The translations under genes were made by a program, and so were the position numbers. 64,000 bases of DNA from an uncultured cyanobacterium. Lineage in GTDB: Bacteria > Cyanobacteriota > Cyanobacteriia > PCC-9006 > JAAUQQ01. Location of the stretch: assembly GCA_963718615.1 (NCBI GenBank), contig OY970368.1, forward strand, positions 5,472,001 through 5,536,000, read 5' to 3'. The notes beneath the pieces were generated by a model. It was not told the origin of the DNA. It did no database searches and saw only the letters and a list, made by a program, of their open reading frames with translations. Positions 40,765 to 50,101 of this stretch are shown here, in pieces (the first letter of the stretch is position 1; the number at the start of each line of letters is the position of its first letter).

Positions 40765-42003
40765 TTAGGCAGGAATCGGTTCGAGGGGCAGGGACGTCGG
40801 TACTTGCTGACGACTCCAGCGCTCCAGCATCCGAGCACAGCGATCCTCAACGATCACCTTGGCGTTGTAGGGTTGTGCGGCCCGCAGACAGGCTTCGGCA
40901 GTGTAGTGCTGCGGCTGTTGCAGAACTTGTTGGATCGTGGTGGCCACCGCTTGGGGCGATCGCCCTTCACAAATCAAGCCACTGCCCTCCGACAGCACAC
41001 GCGGGGTTTCGCCACATCGAGTGGAAACGACCGGAGTCCCGCAGGCCAAGGCTTCGAGAATCACCAGAGGAAGCCCTTCATAGAGGCTAGTTAATAGACA
41101 GATACTTGATAATTGATGAAGTTGGGCCAAGCGAGCCGGGGTAACGGGACCGAGGAGCGTGATGCGATCGCCCAATCCCAAACGCTGAATTTCAGCTTCG
41201 ACATCGGCCCGCATTTCCCCATCCCCAGCAATCAAAAGATGCACATCCGGCAATGGCAATTGGGCAAAGGATTGAATTAATAGGAGTGGATCCTTTTGGG
41301 GGTGCAATCGGCCAGCAAAGAGAATAAAGCGTGTCTCCGGTGCCAGACCTCGCTCGGCAGCAAAGGCTTGTCGTGCCATGTTCCGTTCGGCTGCACCAAG
41401 GGGATAAAAGACTTCTTCGTCAAAGGTATTGGGAACTAGGGAGAGGCGATCGGCCAAGTTGGGGTAGCGCTCACGATATTGCACCAGCGCATCCGTGTTA
41501 CAAGACCAAATTTCAGTAAACTGTGGCAATAACTGCTGCTCTAAACGAAGATAAAGCGAAGGGGCATGACGCCACAGAATAGCGCCCTTGCTCCCTTCCG
41601 TTCCCATTACTTGGGTATAGACATCATTTTGAACAAACCAGGTTTTTTCGCCGGACCAGCGATGTCCAACCAGGCAGGGCTCTAAGCGGTAAAAATGAAT
41701 AAAGTCAGACGAGAGATTATGCCTGAGCAGCGCCATCGTATAGCGTAGCGAGGTTGGAATCAGGCGTCGGTGATTGTCATCGGGGATATAGAGCAACGGT
41801 AAAAACTGTACGTCTCGCCCGCAAAATTCTCGGCGATGCCAGCGGTTCAGTTCAACTCCCGGCACCGCACTGACGCCCGCAAATCGAACTTCAAAGTCGT
41901 TGGGAATATATTTGAGAAAATAATTAACCATCGTTTGAATTCCCCCGATTGAGGAATTCCATGGATCATGTTGATATAGTAGGGAAATTGTAGGCTTACG
42001 CAT
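40765..42003 (-). CDS. Glycosyltransferase family 4
   Basis: GGIQT, LFAGRLHPQKD, SLYEGLPLVILEALACGTPVV. Confidence 0.92.
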   Translation of the reverse strand: MRKPTISLLYQHDPWNSSIGGIQTMVNYFLKYIPNDFEVRFAGVSAVPGVELNRWHRREFCGRDVQFLPLLYIPDDNHRRLIPTSLRYTMALLRHNLSSDFIHFYRLEPCLVGHRWSGEKTWFVQNDVYTQVMGTEGSKGAILWRHAPSLYLRLEQQLLPQFTEIWSCNTDALVQYRERYPNLADRLSLVPNTFDEEVFYPLGAAERNMARQAFAAERGLAPETRFILFAGRLHPQKDPLLLIQSFAQLPLPDVHLLIAGDGEMRADVEAEIQRLGLGDRITLLGPVTPARLAQLHQLSSICLLTSLYEGLPLVILEALACGTPVVSTRCGETPRVLSEGSGLICEGRSPQAVATTIQQVLQQPQHYTAEACLRAAQPYNAKVIVEDRCARMLERWSRQQVPTSLPLEPIPA

Positions 42004-42965
42004 GTTTTTTAACCTTCCAATAGAGGACGGCGGGCGAAACAACTACGAACGCAGGAAAAACAGAACAACGACCATCGAATCGATCAGTGCAGGTTAAGGT
42101 GCTGATCGACAGAGGACGTCAGGGCAAGCTCAATACGACCCATAAACAGCGCTGAGGGACTACTGGGCTGCTAGGTATATTGATTTAGCACAATGAATCG
42201 TGATGAAGAAAATATTTCAAATAGACTGATATAGATACACCTCAGAGCAATTCTGTTCCAGAAAAGATCTGAACCTAGACCCATAGCCTGTAACGTTTAT
42301 CTTGCTTAAGCTCAACTTTGAGTTCAGTCTTGAGAATACTGCGTATCGCAATGAAGTTAGTATAGATCAGCCCTCGGTTCTCGCTAGATCTGGTCAAAAA
42401 GATTCATCGATTCTTTAAGGATTTGGCAGTGAATTTACGGTGTTCTCTCTCAACTCACCCAGAGAAGAGTACGCTATCCGGATCTAATCGAGTTTAATTC
42501 GAATTTTAAAGACTCTATAAAAAATCTGATTTTTTCCGGATGGAAAGGTATTGCTTAGAAACACAGCCCCATACAGGTGCTAGAGACCTTAGTCTGTCCT
42601 GACTAGAATTAAGCACCACAAAAGACAACAAAAGATTGAGAAACAGTCAGATTAGATCGCAGGTCATGAATTCCCGTTGATGGCTATCTTTAAAGCCTTG
42701 TTAAAGAAACGGACCTTATTCAGTTCTTTTATTCAGCTATTTTGCTTATAAATTTTTATTCATCTAAATGCCTGCCAGTTTGGCAGCTCTTTTTCAAAAG
42801 ATTGAGCCACGATTAACCAAACGTTTGAGTCCTAATGGTTTTCTTTTGCTAAGCAAAAATAAGCAATTCAGGCTTGCTGTGCTTAATTTTAGACAAAAAA
42901 CCATTTAGCCTCATTGTTCTAAATGTTAGAGCGTTTGCAAAGCCGGTACCTGTCTTTTACTCGCC

Positions 42966-44438
42966 ATGACTACAGAAACCTTATTTCTTCAGCCTAGTTC
43001 TTCAACGACGAAGCCCTTTAACAATGTGGCCAACGGGACGGGAAGTCTCAGTTTTTATGACAGTAGTAAAAGCTCTACTGCGGTTCTAACGTCTACAGAA
43101 GCTCAAACGCTTGTGAGTGGTGGTGTAGCTGCTGCGATCGCCGAAGCAGCCGCTACTTATCTGGCGAGTCCAGATTTTTCCAATGTGTTCAATACCAGCA
43201 CCGTCATTGGTCAAGACGGAACCTATCAAGGGGTTGCGAGCAGCGCCGCAGAGATCCTGGCAACCTATGCGGTCAAGCCGGGAGATACACTGGACTTTAA
43301 TTTCAATGCTGATGTGGCGTTGCAGGCCACTGAAATCGAAAAGCCCAATAAGTATTATTCTTTGGTTGAGCAAAAAACTAGCTTTTTGGTCATTGATTTG
43401 GATCCGGCTCCATCCAATTGGTATAAGTGGTCGAAGTGGGGCAAACCTCAATCCCCTAAAATTATTGGCTACTTTGGCCTAACGGGGGATTTGGAATCTT
43501 CGAAGCAGTCTCTCAAGCAATCCTTGACGAAGAGCAATAATGTCCAACTGTTCTCCGATAAGAAGTCTTCTGATATCGATCGCAATAATGGTATAGACTT
43601 CCTTACGCGTCAAGTTTCCGGTAATTTTCGAGACAAGTTCTCTGACAGCAGCCGGATTGCCGTCGTGAAATTGACGACCAGTTTTGTCAAGGTAACCGGG
43701 GATGAATTGATTGATGGCTTGGGTCGTGACGTGACCTATGGAACCATTTTTAATGACACACTCTATGCTTCTTCTAGAGGCGGAAAAGTGTACGCTAGCT
43801 TGGGCGATGACACGCTAAAGGGCAGCAAGGGACAAGACATCCTCGAAGGCGGGGGCGGGAATGACAAACTCTACGGCGAAGATGGCAACGACAAGCTGTT
43901 TGGCGGGGATGGTAACGATTATTTAGAGGGTGGTTCTGGGGATGATTTTTTGATTGGGGGATCTCAGAATGACACTCTCAATGGTGGGTACGGGAACGAC
44001 AAGATAGTGGGTGTTGATTTCCGGATGGCCAATGCCGGAGCCTACGAAATCGATCAGTTGAGCGGGGGCGGATATCCGGGGGGCAATGTTTCAGACAAGT
44101 TTGTGCTGGGGGATAATAAGCAAGCCTACTACCAAGGGGGTGGAAATCAAGACTACGCCCTGATCAAAGACTTTGCAAAGGGTTGGGACAAGATTTGGCT
44201 GTACGGTGCAGCCGGGGACTATACCGTGGAATATGTAGGCTCAAGCTGGGGTTATAATCCTTGGGGATCTTGGGGCGGTGGCGGCGGCACGCCTTCCGAT
44301 GGATTGGCTTCCGGGTCACGCATTTATCGGACTGCGGGTGGGCAAAAAGATCTGATTGGTGTGGTTGAGAATGTCAATCTTTCTGGACAACTCAATTCGT
44401 CTTCGATATTCCAATACAATCAAACCGTAACGGCTTAG
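42966..44438 (+). CDS. RTX-type calcium-binding secreted protein
   Basis: GGxGND repeats in the C-terminal half; DKFVLGD...DYALIKDF..GWDKIWL tail. Confidence 0.88.
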   Translation: MTTETLFLQPSSSTTKPFNNVANGTGSLSFYDSSKSSTAVLTSTEAQTLVSGGVAAAIAEAAATYLASPDFSNVFNTSTVIGQDGTYQGVASSAAEILATYAVKPGDTLDFNFNADVALQATEIEKPNKYYSLVEQKTSFLVIDLDPAPSNWYKWSKWGKPQSPKIIGYFGLTGDLESSKQSLKQSLTKSNNVQLFSDKKSSDIDRNNGIDFLTRQVSGNFRDKFSDSSRIAVVKLTTSFVKVTGDELIDGLGRDVTYGTIFNDTLYASSRGGKVYASLGDDTLKGSKGQDILEGGGGNDKLYGEDGNDKLFGGDGNDYLEGGSGDDFLIGGSQNDTLNGGYGNDKIVGVDFRMANAGAYEIDQLSGGGYPGGNVSDKFVLGDNKQAYYQGGGNQDYALIKDFAKGWDKIWLYGAAGDYTVEYVGSSWGYNPWGSWGGGGGTPSDGLASGSRIYRTAGGQKDLIGVVENVNLSGQLNSSSIFQYNQTVTA

Positions 44439-44442
44439 TGAA

Positions 44443-44481
44443 GAGAAAGAATGCGATCGCCTCTGCCGCATCTACACCATA
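44443..44481. repeat. 39-bp direct repeat, left copy
   Basis: gagaaagaatgcgatcgcctctgccgcatctacaccata; 35/39 identical to 48315-48353. Confidence 0.85.
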
Positions 44482-44550
44482 GTGCCGAGGCGATCGCGTT
44501 CCTTTTCAGCGTAAGACTTTTGACGAAGGATCGCTTCTTGTGAAAAGGAT

Positions 44551-45807
44551 TTATTCCTCTTCATCGTCATCGTAATCCTCGTCTTCTTCGTCATCGTAAT
44601 CCTCGTCTTCTTCTTCATCGTAATCCTCGTCGTCGTCATCTTCATCGTCATTGTCTTCATCCTCGTCGTCGTAGTCCTCGTCTTCTTCGTCCTCGTCTTC
44701 TTCGGAATCTAAGGAATATTCATAATCTTCGTCAATTGCGAAGGTTTCACAGAGGCTATCTAGCTCTTCTAAAAAATCCTCTGAATCATCGATAGTTAAA
44801 TCAAAGTTGCTAATCGTAATTCTGTAATCATCTTCAGTTTCCTCCTCTTCATAGTCAAAGTAATAATCCTCTTCATTATCAATATAGCTTTGGCATAGTT
44901 CTTCTAACTTTTCAATAAAGCCTTCCGAATCATTTGTACGAATATAAAAATCATAGAGCAGAAGTGAGTCTTCACCCGCGAAGACGGAGTCTCCATCCTC
45001 CCAAATGTCAACACTAAAATCTAGATCGCTAATGGCTTTAATAATCCAAGAATCGTGACCGTTATAGTCATTGTGGATCACGTAGGAATAGGGAATATAG
45101 CAATAGCCTTTATCTCCCCATTCTGTACCCCAAGAGTTTCGTACAATAAACATGCGATCTTTATCGGAATAGCCCACACAGAGCATCGCGTGCCAGCCGT
45201 GGGTTTCGCGTACGTTGTCTGAACGCTTGGGCATAGGCACACGGCCCCGATGGCGGGTCGCTTCATCAAACGAATCAAAGGTATTGAGGGCAAAGGCGAT
45301 GGGGTAGCCTTCAGCCAGGGTATGCCGCCATAGGTTTAAATCAGTTTCAATTGCTTCAGCTTCAACAATTTTAAAGTTACTTGCTTGTTCATAGGCGCTT
45401 TTGTCAGGTTCTTCACAAATAAGCGATTCATCGTTTGCCCAGAGGTCTTCACAGCAGGCCCCATGTTCAATCAAAGCATTGATGGCGCAAAACATTTGTG
45501 AACCTTCATCGCTCTGTTCACAGCCTTCCTGGGCGCGGGCATTGTAGTAAACAAACAGACGACTGACATTCTCTGATTCACCCAGGTTGCGCTTGGCAAG
45601 ATATTCGTAGGCACCCACAAAGGCATTGGCCACACAGCTATTTCCGACCTGTTCTTCCACCTCAGTCATGTGCTTCCGCAAATCTACCCTGCGGGGCAAC
45701 TGCGCTGCTTGGAACCGATTATTTTGGTGGTATTTCGTATTTTCGGGCTTTTTACCGGGACGATAGCCCCCGATGCGACGATTGCGCACTGGCAAAAGAG
45801 TCAGCAT
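44551..45807 (-). CDS. Papain-like C1 peptidase with very acidic C-terminal tail
   Basis: VDLR, EEQVGNSCVANA (Gln/Cys), GWHAMLCVGY (His), RNSWG (Asn); last ~50 aa almost all D/E. Confidence 0.9.
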   Translation of the reverse strand: MLTLLPVRNRRIGGYRPGKKPENTKYHQNNRFQAAQLPRRVDLRKHMTEVEEQVGNSCVANAFVGAYEYLAKRNLGESENVSRLFVYYNARAQEGCEQSDEGSQMFCAINALIEHGACCEDLWANDESLICEEPDKSAYEQASNFKIVEAEAIETDLNLWRHTLAEGYPIAFALNTFDSFDEATRHRGRVPMPKRSDNVRETHGWHAMLCVGYSDKDRMFIVRNSWGTEWGDKGYCYIPYSYVIHNDYNGHDSWIIKAISDLDFSVDIWEDGDSVFAGEDSLLLYDFYIRTNDSEGFIEKLEELCQSYIDNEEDYYFDYEEEETEDDYRITISNFDLTIDDSEDFLEELDSLCETFAIDEDYEYSLDSEEDEDEEDEDYDDEDEDNDDEDDDDEDYDEEEDEDYDDEEDEDYDDDEEE

Positions 45808-46014
45808 GATCCTTCGGCTCCTTCAGCATCAGGACTAAGTAATTTTACAAGGGGCTATTCAGCCTGTCCTAGGGTTAAAGTTCCCAATTCCGGCCTCGCC
45901 ATTGCTTGTGTCCTGCATCTTATTGAGATTGAATCCCCCACGAAGAGCTTCTCTTCTGCCTAGGGAATGCTAGGGGAATAAATTCACTTTGAAGGGTTGA
46001 GAGGCTCAAGAATC

Positions 46015-46254
46015 ATGGCAACAATTCGCAAAGTCAACACCGATCCCAGCACCACCTGGGACGATCTGAGTTGGACCGAGATGAACAGTACTGAACAAGA
46101 ACTCTGGGCCAAGCTAGGTTGGACCGAAGCCAGTTGGGAAGAAGACATTGATTCTCCTGCCAGCGATGACCAGTACTGGGCAGAGCTCAGCGCCACTGAA
46201 CGCCAAGCGGCCCAAGACCTGGGCTATACCCCAACAACTTGGGATGAAGAATAG
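46015..46254 (+). CDS. Small acidic Trp-repeat protein
   Basis: 79 aa with two repeats of W.E(M/L)..TE..(LW/AA)..LG(W/Y)T...W(E/D)EE; purine-rich upstream sequence. Confidence 0.75.
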   Translation: MATIRKVNTDPSTTWDDLSWTEMNSTEQELWAKLGWTEASWEEDIDSPASDDQYWAELSATERQAAQDLGYTPTTWDEE

Positions 46255-46361
46255 TTCTTTGATCTTTCCGTAACACCAGGCACTCAGCGAGCAGGCTGGG
46301 AACGTCTCAAGCCTTACTTATCCCACTTCTGTTGCGATACTATATATCTTGCTCTTTGCTC

Positions 46362-48302
46362 ATGCAACAACTCATTAAGGGATACCCTCCTGCGCGTCGC
46401 CGTACGCGCTATGGTACTTTGGCAGACCGATGGCGCTATGGCTTTGATAATTTTATGTCTCGGGGAACCGCTGCCTTGGTCAGTGGTTTGATCCTGGCCT
46501 CGTTGGCTTTCATTTTGCCCATCAGTGTTTTGGTGAGCCTCGCAGGTATTGCTCCAGAGGGCGGCGATCGCCTCAGTCTACCGGAATCCATCTGGGCCGT
46601 GCTCATGCGCAGCCTTGACGCAGGGACCGTCGGTGGTGATACAGGCTGGGTCTTTCGTTTAACAATGCTGGTCGTCACCTTTGGTGGCATCTTTGTTGTG
46701 AGTACACTCATCGGTTTACTCAGCAGTGGCATTGACTCCAAACTTGAAGATTTGCGCCAGGGGCGATCGCGAGTCATCGAAACCGACCACATTGTAATTT
46801 TGGGCTGGTCGCTGCAGATCTTTACGCTGATTTCTGAGTTGGCGATCGCCAACGCCAATCGCCCCGATACCTGCATTGTCATCCTGAGCGAACAAGACAA
46901 AGTGCAGATGGAAATGGCCCTTTACGATACGCTGGGCAAGCTGCCTCGAATTCGATTAGTTTGCCGCACCGGTAGTCCGAGTAATATGACAGACCTCGGT
47001 ATCGTCAGTATTCAGACGGCTCGATCAGTCATTATTCTCAATTCCACTCAGGACCGTGCTGATACTCAATTGGTAAAGACTTTGTTGGCCGTTGCGAATA
47101 TTCCGCGATCGCTCCCCGAGCCCTATCATATCGTCGCCCAAGTTCAATCAGAAAAAACTTTAGAGGTGCTTAAGCTCATCAGCAAAAACCAGGAAGTTGA
47201 GCCTTTACTAACCCATGACTTAATCTCGCGCATTGTCGTCCAAACCTGTCGACAATCGGGGCTTTCGATTGTCTATATGGATTTGCTCAACTTTAGCGGT
47301 GACGAAATCTACTTCAAGGAAGAGCCTGCACTTCAGGGTAAAACCTATGACCAAGCACTCCTCGCCTACAACAACTCAACGGTGATTGGGATTCAAACCA
47401 TCCAGGGTGAAATTCAACTCAATCCACCCGGTCAAACGGTCTTGCAACCTGGTGAACGGTTAATTGTCATTAGTGAAGATGATGATACGATTTGTTTGAC
47501 AAATTCTGGCCATCGAGCCGTCGATGCTCAAGCCATTCAGCCTGCCAAGCCGATTACGCTGAAAGCCGAACACACTTTAATATTAGGTTGGAACGATCAA
47601 GTTAAAAATATTATTCGACAATTAGACCAATATGTTGCCCTGGGGTCTACCGTCACGGTGCTTGCCGAGTTGTCCGAGGAAGCACTATCGCGATCGGATG
47701 AATCCCTGAGCGAGTACAAACAGGCAGTACGTTATCTCTCTGGTGACCCCACAGACCGAGAGGTCCTCGAAAGTCTTCATTTAACTAAGTATAATCAGGT
47801 CATTGTTCTCTGTAATCCTAATTTAGATGCGGAACAGGCGGATGCACAAACGCTGATGACGTTGCTGCATTTGCGAGATATTGCCGATCGCCATCACCAT
47901 GATTTTCAGATTGTCACCGAAATTCTGGATGTCAAAAATCAAGCTCTAGCTCAGGTTGCTAGACCGGATGACTTCGTGATTAGTGAGCAAATTATTAGCT
48001 TGATGCTAGCCCAGGTGGCAGAGCAGAAAAGCATCAATGCAGTCCTCACTCGCCTCTTTAGTCCCGAAGGTTCGGAGATCTATCTTAAGCCCGCAGATTC
48101 CTATGTGACAGTAGATCGACCCGTTAACTTCTACACGGTAGTAGAAGCCGCCAGGCAGCGAGGAGAATCGGTGATTGGCTATCGCTGTCAAGGGGATGCT
48201 GACAATATGGCGAGAGCCTATGGGATTGTGATTAACCCACCCAAGGATCAGCCCATTCACTTTTCCTGTGAGGACAAGATTATCCTCTTAGCGGAAACTT
48301 AA
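46362..48302 (+). CDS. CASTOR/POLLUX (DMI1)-related cation channel
   Basis: RWRYGFDNFMSRG, pore SLDAGTVGGD, GRSRVIETDHIVILGW, LLNFSGDEIYF, two RCK-like domains, EGSEIYLKP, INPPK. Confidence 0.88.
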   Translation: MQQLIKGYPPARRRTRYGTLADRWRYGFDNFMSRGTAALVSGLILASLAFILPISVLVSLAGIAPEGGDRLSLPESIWAVLMRSLDAGTVGGDTGWVFRLTMLVVTFGGIFVVSTLIGLLSSGIDSKLEDLRQGRSRVIETDHIVILGWSLQIFTLISELAIANANRPDTCIVILSEQDKVQMEMALYDTLGKLPRIRLVCRTGSPSNMTDLGIVSIQTARSVIILNSTQDRADTQLVKTLLAVANIPRSLPEPYHIVAQVQSEKTLEVLKLISKNQEVEPLLTHDLISRIVVQTCRQSGLSIVYMDLLNFSGDEIYFKEEPALQGKTYDQALLAYNNSTVIGIQTIQGEIQLNPPGQTVLQPGERLIVISEDDDTICLTNSGHRAVDAQAIQPAKPITLKAEHTLILGWNDQVKNIIRQLDQYVALGSTVTVLAELSEEALSRSDESLSEYKQAVRYLSGDPTDREVLESLHLTKYNQVIVLCNPNLDAEQADAQTLMTLLHLRDIADRHHHDFQIVTEILDVKNQALAQVARPDDFVISEQIISLMLAQVAEQKSINAVLTRLFSPEGSEIYLKPADSYVTVDRPVNFYTVVEAARQRGESVIGYRCQGDADNMARAYGIVINPPKDQPIHFSCEDKIILLAET

Positions 48303-48305
48303 ACT

Positions 48306-49232
48306 TCAGAGGACGAGAAAGGATGCGATCGCCTCTGCCACCTCTACGCCATATTCTTCCCCTAGACCCAGGCTACCTGGGAGTTTAAGCATAGGAAAAA
48401 GAGCAGTGGGAGAAGAGGAAGACAGTGCCGTGGCGATCGCTTCCATTTCGGCTTTAGATGAGGGTGGAGCTTGGTCTGCAATCACGACCCCAATGGGAAT
48501 AGAGCATTGAGCCAACATCTGGAGAAATGCCTCCCGCGATTCGACTGGATCGAGCCCACCCGTGACAAAGGCGGCTGGGGCATAGCGGGCACCAGTTTTT
48601 TGGGTGTTCTGATGGCGTTGGGCAAGATAGTCGGGGGTGAGCTGAGTTGCGTCAACAAAGACGTGGCGACGGTACATCCATTTGAGAAAGCTAGGGCGGG
48701 TGTTGAGACCGTAAAGCGCTTGGCCTAGGAGGGGCGATCGCACCAGTTCCCGTAAGGCAGTCCGAACCCCTTTAGGCGCACCCATAACGGCCAGTGGCCC
48801 CCGCCAAGTCGGCGCAACGAGCACGAGTTTTGTGCATAGTCCTTGGTTCGCAGCCGTGAGGGCGTAGCCTGCGGCATGACCCGCAGCAATCAGGACAGGA
48901 GGCTGGGCTAGTTCCCGGATGAAGTCTTGGAGAAACTGATGGTAGAGAGTAGGTTCGTAGGACAGTTTGGGGCGATCGGAGTCGCCGAAGCCCGGCCAGT
49001 CGAGGGTGATGACTTGAACGCGATCGGGAAATTGTTGCAGCAACTGCATAGCCATAGCCCGCAGTTCGTGGCGGCTGGAGACGGTACTGAAGGCTGGCAG
49101 TAGCACCAGCGGTGTCCCTTGCCCCCAGGTTTCAAAACAGATGTTGAGGGCTTGGGTTTTCCAGGTCCAGGTCCAGGATGTGGTCTTGCTGGAAGACGTT
49201 GCGAGGGTTTGCGGAGCAGAGGCCTGATTCAT
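48306..49232 (-). CDS. Alpha/beta hydrolase-fold protein (cyanobacterial type)
   Basis: LLPAFSTVSSR, DWPGFGDSDRP, AAGHAAGY, APTWRGPL. Confidence 0.85.
   Translation of the reverse strand: MNQASAPQTLATSSSKTTSWTWTWKTQALNICFETWGQGTPLVLLPAFSTVSSRHELRAMAMQLLQQFPDRVQVITLDWPGFGDSDRPKLSYEPTLYHQFLQDFIRELAQPPVLIAAGHAAGYALTAANQGLCTKLVLVAPTWRGPLAVMGAPKGVRTALRELVRSPLLGQALYGLNTRPSFLKWMYRRHVFVDATQLTPDYLAQRHQNTQKTGARYAPAAFVTGGLDPVESREAFLQMLAQCSIPIGVVIADQAPPSSKAEMEAIATALSSSSPTALFPMLKLPGSLGLGEEYGVEVAEAIASFLVL
48315..48353. repeat. 39-bp direct repeat, right copy (inside the 3' end of the hydrolase gene)
   Basis: gagaaaggatgcgatcgcctctgccacctctacgccata. Confidence 0.85.
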
Positions 49233-49329
49233 GATGGTTGCACCAATGATGGATTTCAATCTCAATATCACCCAATTTATCCAAGCATGCTCCCCAAGTC
49301 TGCAATCATTTAATCCTTGGCCCAGATAG

Positions 49330-50088
49330 TCATCCGTGGCGAATAAATGCAGGGCCATAGGCTGCCGTTAGGGTATCTGGGTGTAGAACTTCCTCCGGGG
49401 AACCTTGATGAATCAACTGACGATTGAGACAAAGAACACAATCACAGTGGGTTCTGACCATATTTAAGTCATGGGAAATTTGTAAAATCGACCAGCCCTG
49501 TTCTCGTTTGAGTTGACTCAGTAAGGCATAAAACTCTGCTTCCCCTCGTACATCTAAGCCTGCGGGTGCTTCGTCCAGAATCAACAACTGTCGAGGACGA
49601 ATCAAGCAGTAGGCCAGTAATACTCGTTTGATTTCACCTCCTGATAAACTGCTGATAGCTTGGCGATGCAGATGGCTGGCTTCTACCTGGGCTAGCGCAA
49701 GCTGAACCGCATGGGATCGCTCTCGCCATCCCACCCAAGGAAGTTGCCAGCCTAATCGATCCCAGCCCAATCCCACCAGCTCCGCAACGGTCATGGGAAT
49801 CCGTTGATCAATCAAGAAGTTTTGTGGTAGGTAAGCAACATGATGGCGGAGCAAGGTTTCGGTCTTAGGACCCAGGCGTTGCCCCAGCAATGTAACCTGT
49901 CCAGCCTGATAGGGTAATAGCCCTAAAATAGCTTGAATCAGCGTACTTTTGCCTGCACCATTGGGGCCAATAATGGCCATGTCCATACCCGCAGGCAGCG
50001 AAAAAGAAATATCTTGGATAGCGGCTGTCTTTCCTCGATGGACGGTTAGACGTTCTACGGTCAGAATGGGAGGCATTGATGACATCAT
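49330..50088 (-). CDS. znuC: Zn/Mn ABC transporter ATPase
   Basis: GPNGAGKST, YLPQ, LSGGEIKRVLLA, LILDEA, ISHDL; downstream of znuA. Confidence 0.85.
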   Translation of the reverse strand: MMSSMPPILTVERLTVHRGKTAAIQDISFSLPAGMDMAIIGPNGAGKSTLIQAILGLLPYQAGQVTLLGQRLGPKTETLLRHHVAYLPQNFLIDQRIPMTVAELVGLGWDRLGWQLPWVGWRERSHAVQLALAQVEASHLHRQAISSLSGGEIKRVLLAYCLIRPRQLLILDEAPAGLDVRGEAEFYALLSQLKREQGWSILQISHDLNMVRTHCDCVLCLNRQLIHQGSPEEVLHPDTLTAAYGPAFIRHG

Positions 50089-50101
50089 AGGGGGGTTGGC
50101 A

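Noticed and set aside
44453-44497. HIP1-based inverted repeat as a dedicated terminator
   Set aside because: The stem is mostly two HIP1 sites with a long loop; better explained as part of the direct-repeat junction, though a terminator role is not excluded
44472-44660. Basic repetitive ORF (MKTMTMKMTTTR...)
   Set aside because: Alternative-frame shadow of the acidic repeat tail of the C1 peptidase
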